Source of the DNA: Myxosarcina sp. GA_180221_E-2-1-MAG-40_15 | Lineage (GTDB): Bacteria; Cyanobacteriota; Cyanobacteriia; Cyanobacteriales; Xenococcaceae | Assembly: GCA_020692205.1 (NCBI GenBank) | Contig: JAIMKV010000018.1 | Span: 594 to 24,593 of the forward strand | DNA: 24,000 nucleotides | Direction: 5' to 3' | Shown here: in pieces, positions 1 to 9,055 of the stretch | Position numbering within the stretch: the stretch's first letter is position 1 | How the letters are laid out: every line of letters begins with the position of its first letter | The notes under the pieces: generated by a model | Seen by the model: the letters and a program-made list of their open reading frames with translations, nothing else | Databases searched by the model: none | Told to the model about the DNA's origin: nothing | Translations under genes and position numbers: made by a program

Positions 1-135
1 AATACCTTATCGATGTTTGTCAGGAAAGAAAAACCATTACCAGTAGCCGTACTCAAACCCGAACCCACCAAAAATACCCAATCCCTAGAAGATGCAGGTA
101 TTCATTTAGGAGAGGGTTACTATTGGAATCGGTGA
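1..135 (+). other. C-terminal part of an ORF entering from the left edge; hypothetical (…FVRKEKPLPVAVLKPEPTKNTQSLEDAGIHLGEGYYWNR*)
   Basis: Open reading frame 1 from base 1 to the TGA at 133-135; no recognised family; truncated by the window. Confidence 0.35.
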
Positions 136-292
136 AGCCTTACCCAACAGGCATATCGTAGCTATTGGTGCATCTGGTAGTGGCAAAACTCCAACCCTAA
201 AAGCGATCGCTTATTCTCTCGACAAAACCTACCCAGATATGCAGGATAACCTGCTAGACAGACTTTCACGGCGATGGAGAAATCCGAAGTGA
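122..292 (+). pseudogene. Short reading frame without a start codon, encoding a Walker A/P-loop-like segment (…RHIVAIGASGSGKTPTLKAIAYSLDKTYPDMQDNLLD…), possible ATPase gene remnant
   Basis: Frame 2 read by hand: GASGSGKT motif; no ATG start; stop at 290-292; overlaps the frame 1 ORF end. Confidence 0.35.
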
Positions 293-346
293 GACTTGCT
301 ATTCGATCCCTAAAGCATCTGTATATTTCATATTGTTTATAATTTC

Positions 347-1855
347 CTACTCAATCCAATTTTTCGCCCTAGCTACAGCTTTGGACCACATAGCAAAGTT
401 ATCTTGTGCTGGGGCTTGCCCAGCACCTGGTTCAAACACTCGATCTACTTGGCGATCGCTAATTAGCTGTTGATAGTTATCCCAAAAGCCCACCGCTAAT
501 CCTGCACCGAAAGCTGCTCCTTGAGCCGTGGCATCGAGTACTTTAGGCCGTTCTAAAGGGACTCCCAAAGCATCTGCTTGGAACTGCATCAAAAAATTGT
601 TTTTAGCGGCTCCACCGTCGACTTTGAGGAGAGATACAGGATGGTCACTATCTTGATTAACGGCATCTACTACTTCTTTAACCTGATAGGCGATCGCTTC
701 CAACACAGAGCGAACGATATGTTCTTGTTGAACACCCCCAGTAATGCCCAAAAAAGCCCCGCGAGCCTTCATATCCCAATGGGGTGCGCCCAAACCACTG
801 AGGGCAGGAACAAAATAAACTCCGTTAGTATCGTCTACCTGATGGCAAAGAGATTCGGTTTCAGCAGCATCAGTAATTAGTTTTAGTCCATCTCGCAACC
901 ATTGAATTGATGCCCCTGTGGTAAAAATTGCCCCTTCCAAGGCATAGTTGGTTTGCTCTTTAGTACTCCAGGCCACAGTAGAAAGAAGTTGATTGTGCGA
1001 TCTTGTAATTGTTGTACCTGTTTGAGCAACTAAAAAACACCCCGTACCATAGGTACACTTGAGTAAACCAGGGCGATCGCAACCGTGAGCATATAAGGCT
1101 GCCTGTTGATCGCCGAAAATAGCAGCGATTGGTATTTCTGCTCCAATTAAATCGCGATCGCATTGACCAAATATTCCCATACTGGGCTTGATTTCGGGCA
1201 TAATTTGGCGAGGGATATTAAACAATTCTAATAAAGACTCGTCCCAATCTCCCGTATCTAAATTCATCAACATAGTTCGACTGGCATTGCTAACATCAGT
1301 AGCATGAACTTGTTTACCAGTTAAATTCCATAACGCCCAGGCATCTATTGTTCCCGCCATCACGTTATCCCAATTAATGCCAGGTTGATTTTGCTTGACC
1401 CAATCAATCAGCCACGCCAGCTTGGTGGCTGAAAAATAAGCATCTAATACTAAACCAGTTTTTTGTTGAATGATTGCCGCTTTTCCTGCTGCTTTGAGGC
1501 GATCGCACAAATTTGCCGTACGACGATCCTGCCAAACAATTGCTTTATGTAAAGGTTGTCCTGTGGTTTTATCCCAAAGTAAACAAGTCTCCCGTTGAAC
1601 AGTTAAACCAATAGCAGCAATTTCTAGCGGATTTACCTTATTTTCGGCAATAACTTGTTGAATACTGTTACTAGTATCCTGCCAAATCTCTAACGCATCG
1701 TGTTCCAACCAGCCTGGATGTGGATAGTGCTGGGTCAATTCTTGATAAACTTGACCGACAACATTTCCCCGCTGATCGAACAAAATAGCTCGATTTCCTG
1801 TCGTACCCAAATCGAGAGAGAGAATATATTTACTGTCGGTCATAAAAAATACCAA
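347..1855 (-). CDS. glpK: Glycerol kinase (FGGY family)
   Basis: 502 aa; N-term SLDLGTTGNRAILFD, internal CGYGTGCF-type motif (CTYGTGCFLVAQTG), GALFTTGASIQWLRDGL-like and DGGAAKNNFLMQFQAD motifs; start may be the internal Met (MTDSKY). Confidence 0.93.
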   Translation of the reverse strand: MVFFMTDSKYILSLDLGTTGNRAILFDQRGNVVGQVYQELTQHYPHPGWLEHDALEIWQDTSNSIQQVIAENKVNPLEIAAIGLTVQRETCLLWDKTTGQPLHKAIVWQDRRTANLCDRLKAAGKAAIIQQKTGLVLDAYFSATKLAWLIDWVKQNQPGINWDNVMAGTIDAWALWNLTGKQVHATDVSNASRTMLMNLDTGDWDESLLELFNIPRQIMPEIKPSMGIFGQCDRDLIGAEIPIAAIFGDQQAALYAHGCDRPGLLKCTYGTGCFLVAQTGTTITRSHNQLLSTVAWSTKEQTNYALEGAIFTTGASIQWLRDGLKLITDAAETESLCHQVDDTNGVYFVPALSGLGAPHWDMKARGAFLGITGGVQQEHIVRSVLEAIAYQVKEVVDAVNQDSDHPVSLLKVDGGAAKNNFLMQFQADALGVPLERPKVLDATAQGAAFGAGLAVGFWDNYQQLISDRQVDRVFEPGAGQAPAQDNFAMWSKAVARAKNWIE

Positions 1856-2081
1856 AATTCTGCTTATTGTAGATTTACAGCAAAGTTCTGGTTTAAATGT
1901 ATTTTATCGAGTTTTTTTTAAATAACTTAGCATTAACTATTTGTCGTTGAGTATCTAACATTTATCGTTCAACTCATTAGTGCTGGTTATTTCAGGATTG
2001 AATCTAGCGATCGCTAAAACGCTATTCGTTCCGATTCAAATATGACTTTGAGCTGATATCAAATCAATATAAGATTAACGA

Positions 2082-3152
2082 TTAATCATAATCGTTGTTA
2101 AAGTTAATTGGTTTTCTTCGTTCTGGCTGTTCAGGATAATCTTCTTGAGAATTATATTCAGGTAAATCATCGTATTCATCATAGTCGTCGTAGTCACCTT
2201 GGTCAGAATCATCATAGTCATCTGAGTAATCGGCTTCTGGTTCTTCTACGGGCTGATAATCAACTACATAATCTCCAGGAATAGTCGATTCGTTTGGCTC
2301 ATCGTAACTTTTGCCCAAATCAGTATCATCGTAGCTATTACCTAGATTATCGGAGTAGTCATCTTCTGGCTCATAGCTTCTACCTAAATCCTCAGGACCA
2401 GGTCTGCGTTGAGGCTCAGGTGTTGAGGTTGGGGTTGGGGCAGAATAGGGGTCTTCTGTAGAAGGGCGAGTACGCGAGCGAGGAGCCGATCTAGGTCGCT
2501 TATCCCACTCGTCATAACCATCGGCAGGGGAGGCAGTTGGACGACGACGTGGACGAATGTCTTGTTCACTATAGCCATAGCGCTCAACTTCAGGAGCGCG
2601 AGCTACATAATCACTGTTGGGTTCAGTACGGTTACGGCTTGGTCTACGTCGGGGTTCATCCCTCAAATCGGTAGACGGTACAGAGCGTTTTCTTTCAGCA
2701 CGACGGGAGGTGCGGGGTTGAGGCTCTTCGTAGCCTCTCAGTCTTGGGCTACTGTAATTGGGTTTTGCTCCTTCATAAGCATTGTCATAAGGATCGATTT
2801 TATCTAATTCCGCTTCAGTGTATACTCTGGTGCGACTTACAGGGCGATCGCGATCTACTGTTGGAGTATTTCGTCTAGCTTGCTCTGTCGCCACCCCGCG
2901 CATCCTAATACTCTCAAAGGCAAAGAAAATAGCTGTTCCTGTGAGCAAAAATTGACCAAATTGTAAAATCGGATCGAGTCGCCAGCCATTAAATAGCAAA
3001 ATAATCCCACAAAGCAGACCTACCGCAGCAAAAAAGATATCGTAATCCCTTGCCAACTCTGGGCGAATTGAACGTAAGAAAAACAGTCCAGCTCCTGCTA
3101 CTGCTAAGAATATACCTAATATAGCGGCTGCATTTAGCCCAAAATTGACCAT
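2082..3152 (-). CDS. Ycf66 family protein with long charged, Asp/Tyr-rich low-complexity C-terminal tail
   Basis: N-terminal membrane segments (VNFGLNAAAILGIFLAVAGAGLFFLRSIRPELARDYDIFFAAVGLLCGIILLFNGWRLDPILQFGQ) typical of Ycf66; remaining ~240 aa disordered-looking. Confidence 0.8.
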   Translation of the reverse strand: MVNFGLNAAAILGIFLAVAGAGLFFLRSIRPELARDYDIFFAAVGLLCGIILLFNGWRLDPILQFGQFLLTGTAIFFAFESIRMRGVATEQARRNTPTVDRDRPVSRTRVYTEAELDKIDPYDNAYEGAKPNYSSPRLRGYEEPQPRTSRRAERKRSVPSTDLRDEPRRRPSRNRTEPNSDYVARAPEVERYGYSEQDIRPRRRPTASPADGYDEWDKRPRSAPRSRTRPSTEDPYSAPTPTSTPEPQRRPGPEDLGRSYEPEDDYSDNLGNSYDDTDLGKSYDEPNESTIPGDYVVDYQPVEEPEADYSDDYDDSDQGDYDDYDEYDDLPEYNSQEDYPEQPERRKPINFNNDYD

Positions 3153-3397
3153 TGTTACTCTCCCAATATGGTTCGCTTGGTTTTAGATAATACTTATTTT
3201 ACCTAGTACTTATATCAAGTAGTGTATTTTCACACTCTCATCAGAGTCAGACAGATTATAAATATACAAGTTATTATTTTAAATCTCCCATTAACCCTAA
3301 AATATAACGACGGAATACTATTAAGGCTATTGATTCGCGCTAGAGAGGATTCCGTCGTTTAATTGCTTATACTGTTGCTAGCAAAAGCACACAACTG

Positions 3398-3517
3398 TTA
3401 TCCACGCTCAATTTTATCGCTTTGACTAAGAACAACTAGGGCTATGGTTGCAGGAATAACTACAATAATCGCGCCTAGCCCTATACTTAATAGAAAATTA
3501 GCTAATGAAGGAGTCAT
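3398..3517 (-). CDS. psbX: Photosystem II reaction center protein X
   Basis: Reverse-strand 39-aa ORF MTPSLANFLLSIGLGAIIVVIPATIALVVLSQSDKIERG*, matches the PsbX pattern; absent from the supplied ORF track. Confidence 0.9.
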   Translation of the reverse strand: MTPSLANFLLSIGLGAIIVVIPATIALVVLSQSDKIERG

Positions 3518-3764
3518 AATTTTTTTATCCTAACTATTTTTTGTTTTTGTCTCAACTGTAATAGTTTACGTTGTTTTATAATTTTAAAAGTTTTTTAACC
3601 GAAATTAAAGTTAATTACAGCATCTGATTATAATACAAGCTCAATTAGCATTGTTAGTGCATAACAACATAGTTTTCTTTACTTGAGAATGACAGTACAA
3701 TACATAAGCAGGTGTTTACATTACGCAATATTTCTGGCGATTAATTGAGAATTGAGTCACGGAT

Positions 3765-4052
3765 ATGAATTTATCAATAGCAACTATAGGAATTAGCCTT
3801 TTACTAGGATTGATGACCATTCTATTTATCTTTAGAATTGTTCTCACCTGGTATCCTCAAGCAGAGTTAACCAAGTTCCCTCTAAGCTTAGTTTTTTTTC
3901 CGACAGAACCTTTCCTCAAACCTTTACGTAAAATAGTTGCTCCTCTTGGGGGAGTAGACATAACGCCAATTATTTTAGTGGGGGTTTGTACTCTTTCAAG
4001 AGAAATTTTAGTCGGTCAGCAAGGATTAATTACCATGACATTAAATCATTAA
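3765..4052 (+). CDS. YggT/Ycf19 family membrane protein
   Basis: 95 aa, two hydrophobic segments with FIFRIVLTWYPQ and TEPFLKPLRKIVAPLGGVDITPII motifs. Confidence 0.9.
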   Translation: MNLSIATIGISLLLGLMTILFIFRIVLTWYPQAELTKFPLSLVFFPTEPFLKPLRKIVAPLGGVDITPIILVGVCTLSREILVGQQGLITMTLNH

Positions 4053-4107
4053 TTAAAAATTCGCTTAAAACTTTTGCCTTGTGGGTCTTGACTGTTCCTC
4101 AGAGGTG

Positions 4108-5454
4108 CTAATCGCTGAGATGCTCGGCAATAAAGTTAGTATAAATCTCACCTTTAAGAAAAGCTGGAGTTTCCAAAATTCTTTGGTGAAATTCAATCGT
4201 CGTTGGAACTCCAGTAATGGCACATTCTCTTAAAGCTCGCTTCATCCGTTTAATTGCCACATCGCGATTTTCTCCCCAGACAATTAGTTTGCCAATTAAA
4301 GAATCATAGTAGGGAGGAATTTCGTAGTCTGTATAGACGTGAGAATCCATTCTGACTCCAGGGCCTCCTGGCGGTAGGTAAGCTATAATCCTTCCTGGAT
4401 GTGGTCGGAAATTATGTTTGGGGTCTTCGGCATTAATGCGACACTCGATCGCATGACCCTTTAAAATTACCTGTTCTTGAGTAAATCTAAGTTTTTCTCC
4501 TTGAGCGACGCGAATTTGTTCGGCAATCAGATCGATACTTGTTACCATTTCAGTTACAGGATGTTCCACCTGAATACGGGTATTCATTTCCATAAAGTAG
4601 AAATCACCCGATTTATCCAGTAAAAATTCTATTGTTCCAGCACCAACATAATTAATCGATTTAGCTGCTTTGACTGCAGCATCGCCCATTTTCTGACGTA
4701 ACTCAGGACTCAGAACCGCACTGGGAGCTTCTTCGAGCAATTTCTGGTGACGACGCTGAATCGAACAGTCTCTTTCGCCTAAATGAACCACATTGCCGTG
4801 GCTGTCGGCAATAATCTGAAACTCAATATGACGGGGACATTCAACAAACTTCTCTAAATATACTCCCCCGTTACCAAAAGCTGCTTCTGCCTCTCCTTGA
4901 GCAGCCTGAAACATTCTGACCAGCTCCGTCTCGTCTCGCACTAGGCGCATTCCTCTACCGCCACCACCAGCAGTAGCCTTAATCATTACGGGATAGCCAA
5001 TCTTTCCTGCAACGACCTTGGCTTCGTCTTCATCACGCAACAAGCCATTACTACCTGGGACTGTAGGTACTCCTGCTTCCTGCATCGTTTTTTTTGCCGT
5101 AGATTTGTCTCCCATCGCCAACATTGCTTCTTTAGAAGGGCCAATAAAAGTTAGCTGATGGTCGTTGCAAATTTCCACAAAACGAGCGTTTTCTGCTAAA
5201 AAGCCATAGCCAGGATGAATAGCCGTAGCATTACGAGTTAGGGCAGCCGCTATAATATTGGGAATATTTAGATAGCTTTTACTAGATGGAGGTGGTCCAA
5301 TACAAACACTTTCATCTGCCAGCTGAACGTGGAGAGCTTGGCGATCAATAGTAGAGTGTACGGCTACGGTGGCGATGCCCATTTCAGCACAGGTGTGTAA
5401 AATGCGTAGAGCAATTTCTCCTCGATTGGCGATCAGAATTTTGTCAAACTGCAT
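4108..5454 (-). CDS. accC: Acetyl-CoA carboxylase, biotin carboxylase subunit
   Basis: 448 aa; [51 protein letters not shown]. Confidence 0.97.
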   Translation of the reverse strand: MQFDKILIANRGEIALRILHTCAEMGIATVAVHSTIDRQALHVQLADESVCIGPPPSSKSYLNIPNIIAAALTRNATAIHPGYGFLAENARFVEICNDHQLTFIGPSKEAMLAMGDKSTAKKTMQEAGVPTVPGSNGLLRDEDEAKVVAGKIGYPVMIKATAGGGGRGMRLVRDETELVRMFQAAQGEAEAAFGNGGVYLEKFVECPRHIEFQIIADSHGNVVHLGERDCSIQRRHQKLLEEAPSAVLSPELRQKMGDAAVKAAKSINYVGAGTIEFLLDKSGDFYFMEMNTRIQVEHPVTEMVTSIDLIAEQIRVAQGEKLRFTQEQVILKGHAIECRINAEDPKHNFRPHPGRIIAYLPPGGPGVRMDSHVYTDYEIPPYYDSLIGKLIVWGENRDVAIKRMKRALRECAITGVPTTIEFHQRILETPAFLKGEIYTNFIAEHLSD

Positions 5455-5532
5455 TCTTTAAGTAGATAACTAAAGTCATGTTTTAGAGTAGAGCTTTTCA
5501 TGATACCAATGGTATTAGAAAAGTGTTGAAGC

Positions 5533-5805
5533 TTATTTGTTGGCTAATTCCGAAGGCGGGCGATCATCGCTCCAACCCCACCAAGCGGTATCACACTCAC
5601 ACAGATAAAACTCTTGGTATTTGCGTCGATTCTCTGTGCTTACTGGAGCGCGACGGTTCAGCCAAACATTTTTTGCCTTTACAGGTTCTGTTTTACAACT
5701 AGGGCAACAAAAATCAACCGCATGAACTGCTGATTTGATCCATTCTGGCGGAACTAGGGCAAAGGCATCCATAAAGCTTATCGAGAATTGGAGATGGAAC
5801 AGCAA
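5533..5805 (-). CDS. Conserved hypothetical small protein with paired Cys motifs (CCPSC…CEC); probable start at Met 5772
   Basis: 90-aa ORF; MDAFALVPPEWIKSAVHAVDFCCPSC… resembles a zinc-ribbon-like small cyanobacterial protein; family not identified. Confidence 0.6.
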   Translation of the reverse strand: MLFHLQFSISFMDAFALVPPEWIKSAVHAVDFCCPSCKTEPVKAKNVWLNRRAPVSTENRRKYQEFYLCECDTAWWGWSDDRPPSELANK

Positions 5806-6090
5806 AATAAAAATAACTTATTTGTAAAAGTCAGTGGTAAGTTATGGTTTATCCCTGTTATTGTACTTTGATTATTCATAGTTGTTGTGGAAGCTTTTAA
5901 TCAGTCACAGCAAACAGCAAATATTTAATGATCGCTCTTTGGACGTATCTGACTAAATTTATGCCTCAATGGAAGCTGCTACATCGAACAGAGCTGAATC
6001 ATTTACCTATTGAATGATTTAACTTTGTTTAACGAATTGTTGGATAGGATTGCCATTAAGTATTAGTTTGTTTGGCATTTTGTTAATATA

Positions 6091-6108
6091 ATCAGCTTTA
6101 AAGCTGAT
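6091..6108. terminator. Perfect 18-nt palindrome ATCAGCTTTAAAGCTGAT followed by T-rich tract
   Basis: Self-complementary sequence immediately followed by TTTTTGGGCTTTT on the + strand. Confidence 0.4.
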
Positions 6109-6356
6109 TTTTGGGCTTTTAATGTAGTTGAACAACTATCTTGAACTAAGATTAAATATATCTGGATGATTTACTATTAAACAACAGAATTAGAATAATT
6201 ATATTCCCTGCTCTTGATTTAAGTATTTAGATTACTGTTACTTGCCTGTATGCCAATTCACAATTGTCATTAACTGATTTTTGGAGTGATATGAAAGATA
6301 ACCTGTGAGGGAATAATAAATATATCGCTCTACCTTGAAACCGTTAATAAATCGAT

Positions 6357-8444
6357 ATGTGGAAATCATTTAATAGCAAAAACTTTTTATTAATTAGTAT
6401 TAGTCTTGTATCAACATTAATCGGCTTAAAAGCTTTAATTATTGCTCAAACAAATACAAATTTTGCTCAAGGTATTAGACAAGTTTTTCCAGGTAAACCA
6501 ACAATTGCTCTAAATAAATCGAGCGCAAATACCCGCCATAGTTTTTTACTGGCAGCAGATTTAATTGACCGCAAACAGGGTAAAGAAGCTCTAGCAGAAT
6601 TACAGGGTTTAGAGCGAGAATATCCTTTATTAGCTGCTCATGTTTTGTTGTCTCAAGGTAAAGCTTATCAGCTCGAAAAAAACTTTAAAGCAGCAGCAAA
6701 GATTTGGCAGAAATTAGTCATCGAATATCCTACCGCTTCGGCTTCGGCAGAAGCACTATATTTATTAGGTAAGTCTAATTCTGCTTATTGGCAACAGGCG
6801 ATCGCCCAGTTTCCAGCTCATCCCCGCATCCATGAAATTATCCGTCAGCAGTTAAGCTTAAATCCGAACCAACCGCATTTGATGGCAGTCTTGGTTAAAT
6901 ATACTCCTGATGATCCTGGAGTAGACCAAATGAAAGAGCGTCTGGTTGAAGAATATGCCAGCCAGTTGACTCCTGAAGAGTGGGAGGCGATCGCCGATAG
7001 TTATTGGTTAAAATGGGACTACGTCGAGGCAGGCAAAGCCTACGCTAAAGCTCCTATTACTTCTCAAAACCTTTACCGTGCAGGCAGGGGATATCATCTA
7101 GGCAACGATCAAACCACTGCTAAACAATATTATCTTCAGTTAATTCAGCAATATCCTCATGCTGATGATACAGGCTGGGGTTTACGCCGTCTAGCTACCT
7201 TAGTCAATAAAACAGAAGCAGTGACTTATCTAGATCGGGCAATTAAGCAATTTCCTGCACAAGCACCAGAAGCCCTGGTTGAAAAAGCACAATTTCTTGA
7301 AGCACTCAATAGTTTTAAGTCCGCTGCTAATGCCCGACAAACTTTATTAACCGATTATAAACACTCTGAAGCAGCAGCTAACTATCGCTGGGACATTGCT
7401 AGTCAGAAAGCTGAAGCGGGAGATTTAATTACCGCCTGGCAATGGGCGCAACCGATTGTAGTTAATAATCCTCATAGTTTAATAGCACCCAAGGCTGGTT
7501 TTTGGATTGCTAAATGGGCCGAAAAGCTCAATCGTCCCCAAGATGCTAATACCGCTTATAAATCAGTCTTGACTCGTTTTCCCCGCTCATATTATGCTTG
7601 GCGTTCGGCAGTAGCTTTAGGATGGAATGTAGGAAACTTTACCACAGTACGCCATAAAGATCCTCAAGTAGTTAAAACGAGTAAAATAACTCCTCCAGGA
7701 GGCTCGCAAACCTTCCAAGAATTATACAAATTAGGGCTAGAACCACAAGCCTGGGCGCAATTTCAAACTGAAATTAGCGATCGCACCGAATTAACGATTG
7801 CCGAAGATTTTACTAAAGGCTTATTGAAACTCTATCAAGGTCAGAATCTGCGGGGCATCAATCACATCTGGTATTTACAAGATAGAGATTCCCCTGAAGA
7901 TAAGCAACAATGGCAGCAACTGCGTCAAACACCAGAATATTGGCAGGCTTTATATCCGTTTCCCTATGAAGACACCATTCTTAAATGGTCGAAACAGCGA
8001 CAGCTTAACCCATTATTAGTTACTTCTTTAATCCGTCAAGAATCACGGTTTGAACCTGAAATTGAGTCTTCTGCGGGGGCTTTGGGCTTAATGCAGGTAA
8101 TGCCTCCCACTGGTGAAAACGCAGCTAAAAATATTGGCTTATCTAGCTATTCTCTAACCAAGCCTGAAGATAACGTCAATATTGGCACTTATTATCTTGA
8201 CTTTACCCATGAAAAATACGGCAATAACTCGATGCTGGCGGTGGCTAGCTATAATGCAGGGCCAAATGCAGTAGCTGAATGGGTTTCTCGTCATGGGTTA
8301 CAAGACGCAGATGAGTTTGTCGCCAAAATTCCTTATCCAGAAACACAAGGCTATGTAGAGTCAGTATTTGAAAATTATTGGAACTATCTATTGGTTTATA
8401 ACCCCGAAGTAGGAAAATTATTTAAAGACTTACGCACTGAATAG
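6357..8444 (+). CDS. slt: Soluble lytic murein transglycosylase (SLT domain) with N-terminal TPR-like superhelix
   Basis: 695 aa; RQESRFEPEIESSAGALGLMQVMPPTG, NINIGTYYLDF-like (DNVNIGTYYLDFTHEKYG), LAVASYNAGPNAV, PYPETQGYVESV motifs. Confidence 0.93.
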   Translation: MWKSFNSKNFLLISISLVSTLIGLKALIIAQTNTNFAQGIRQVFPGKPTIALNKSSANTRHSFLLAADLIDRKQGKEALAELQGLEREYPLLAAHVLLSQGKAYQLEKNFKAAAKIWQKLVIEYPTASASAEALYLLGKSNSAYWQQAIAQFPAHPRIHEIIRQQLSLNPNQPHLMAVLVKYTPDDPGVDQMKERLVEEYASQLTPEEWEAIADSYWLKWDYVEAGKAYAKAPITSQNLYRAGRGYHLGNDQTTAKQYYLQLIQQYPHADDTGWGLRRLATLVNKTEAVTYLDRAIKQFPAQAPEALVEKAQFLEALNSFKSAANARQTLLTDYKHSEAAANYRWDIASQKAEAGDLITAWQWAQPIVVNNPHSLIAPKAGFWIAKWAEKLNRPQDANTAYKSVLTRFPRSYYAWRSAVALGWNVGNFTTVRHKDPQVVKTSKITPPGGSQTFQELYKLGLEPQAWAQFQTEISDRTELTIAEDFTKGLLKLYQGQNLRGINHIWYLQDRDSPEDKQQWQQLRQTPEYWQALYPFPYEDTILKWSKQRQLNPLLVTSLIRQESRFEPEIESSAGALGLMQVMPPTGENAAKNIGLSSYSLTKPEDNVNIGTYYLDFTHEKYGNNSMLAVASYNAGPNAVAEWVSRHGLQDADEFVAKIPYPETQGYVESVFENYWNYLLVYNPEVGKLFKDLRTE
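8365..8444 (+). repeat. Direct repeat, left copy: 3' end of slt (FENYWNYLLVYNPEVGKLFKDLRTE*)
   Basis: 80 nt aligned without gaps to 13422-13501; 51/55 identical over 8371-8425 versus 13428-13482 (counted by eye). Confidence 0.9.
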
Positions 8445-8688
8445 TTAGTTGTTAGTTGTTAACCAAATTACTCTGCAATGGGTAATTTTTTTTCTTTTTA
8501 ACTCTAAATATAACAGTTTAATGTGGTTAATTGCCTTGAAAATATTAGCTTCTGCAAGCACATCAACGAAGATAAAACATCATCGCACTTCAATAAATAT
8601 AGAAACTTCTAAATTTTAAGCTAATATCAATCAATTTTTTCAATTAGTTGGGAACTATATAAATAGACATCTAGAGAAAAAGCGAATA

Positions 8689-9033
8689 ATGAAATTTTTT
8701 GAGCCATCTATAGAGCAGCTAGTAACAGAAATTATAGCTGTTAATCATGCTTGGAAAGAAGCAAAGAGTTTATTTAATCTCCCTGATACCCCTTTGGCTA
8801 ATTCTCTAAGAGATTTAAAAGCGCGTTTACAGGTAAGACTTTTGCGTAAGTATGCACCAGAGAACGTTTACTTAATGATAGATACCAACGTAAATACAGA
8901 CTATGACGAACTACTTTATGGTCTACAACTGGTGACATCAGTAAACGGTAGGCGAGATGCTGCACATATGCCGATTAGGGTTGCTAAAGAAAACTTATCT
9001 GCACAAGAATTAGAGCAATTTATTCAAAGCTAA
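8689..9033 (+). CDS. Uncharacterised 114-aa protein, first gene of the Zorya-like operon
   Basis: Intact ORF, same strand, 22 nt before ZorA-like start; no recognised domain. Confidence 0.75.
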   Translation: MKFFEPSIEQLVTEIIAVNHAWKEAKSLFNLPDTPLANSLRDLKARLQVRLLRKYAPENVYLMIDTNVNTDYDELLYGLQLVTSVNGRRDAAHMPIRVAKENLSAQELEQFIQS

Positions 9034-9055
9034 TTTTGAAAGGAAGTAGTAAATA

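Noticed and set aside
578-1163. Plus-strand ORFs 578..880 and minus-strand 960..1163 within glpK
   Set aside because: Fully inside a confidently identified gene; sequence shows no domain features and is consistent with antisense or frame noise.
2384-2807. ORFs 2384..2587 and 2562..2807 within the ycf66-like gene
   Set aside because: Overlap the low-complexity coding tail; product of biased composition rather than genes.
8445-8688. Search for an integrase, att site or fossil gene at the left boundary of the Zorya-like cassette
   Set aside because: Only AT-rich non-coding sequence with TTAGTTG-type short repeats; no recombinase, IS ends or tRNA found.
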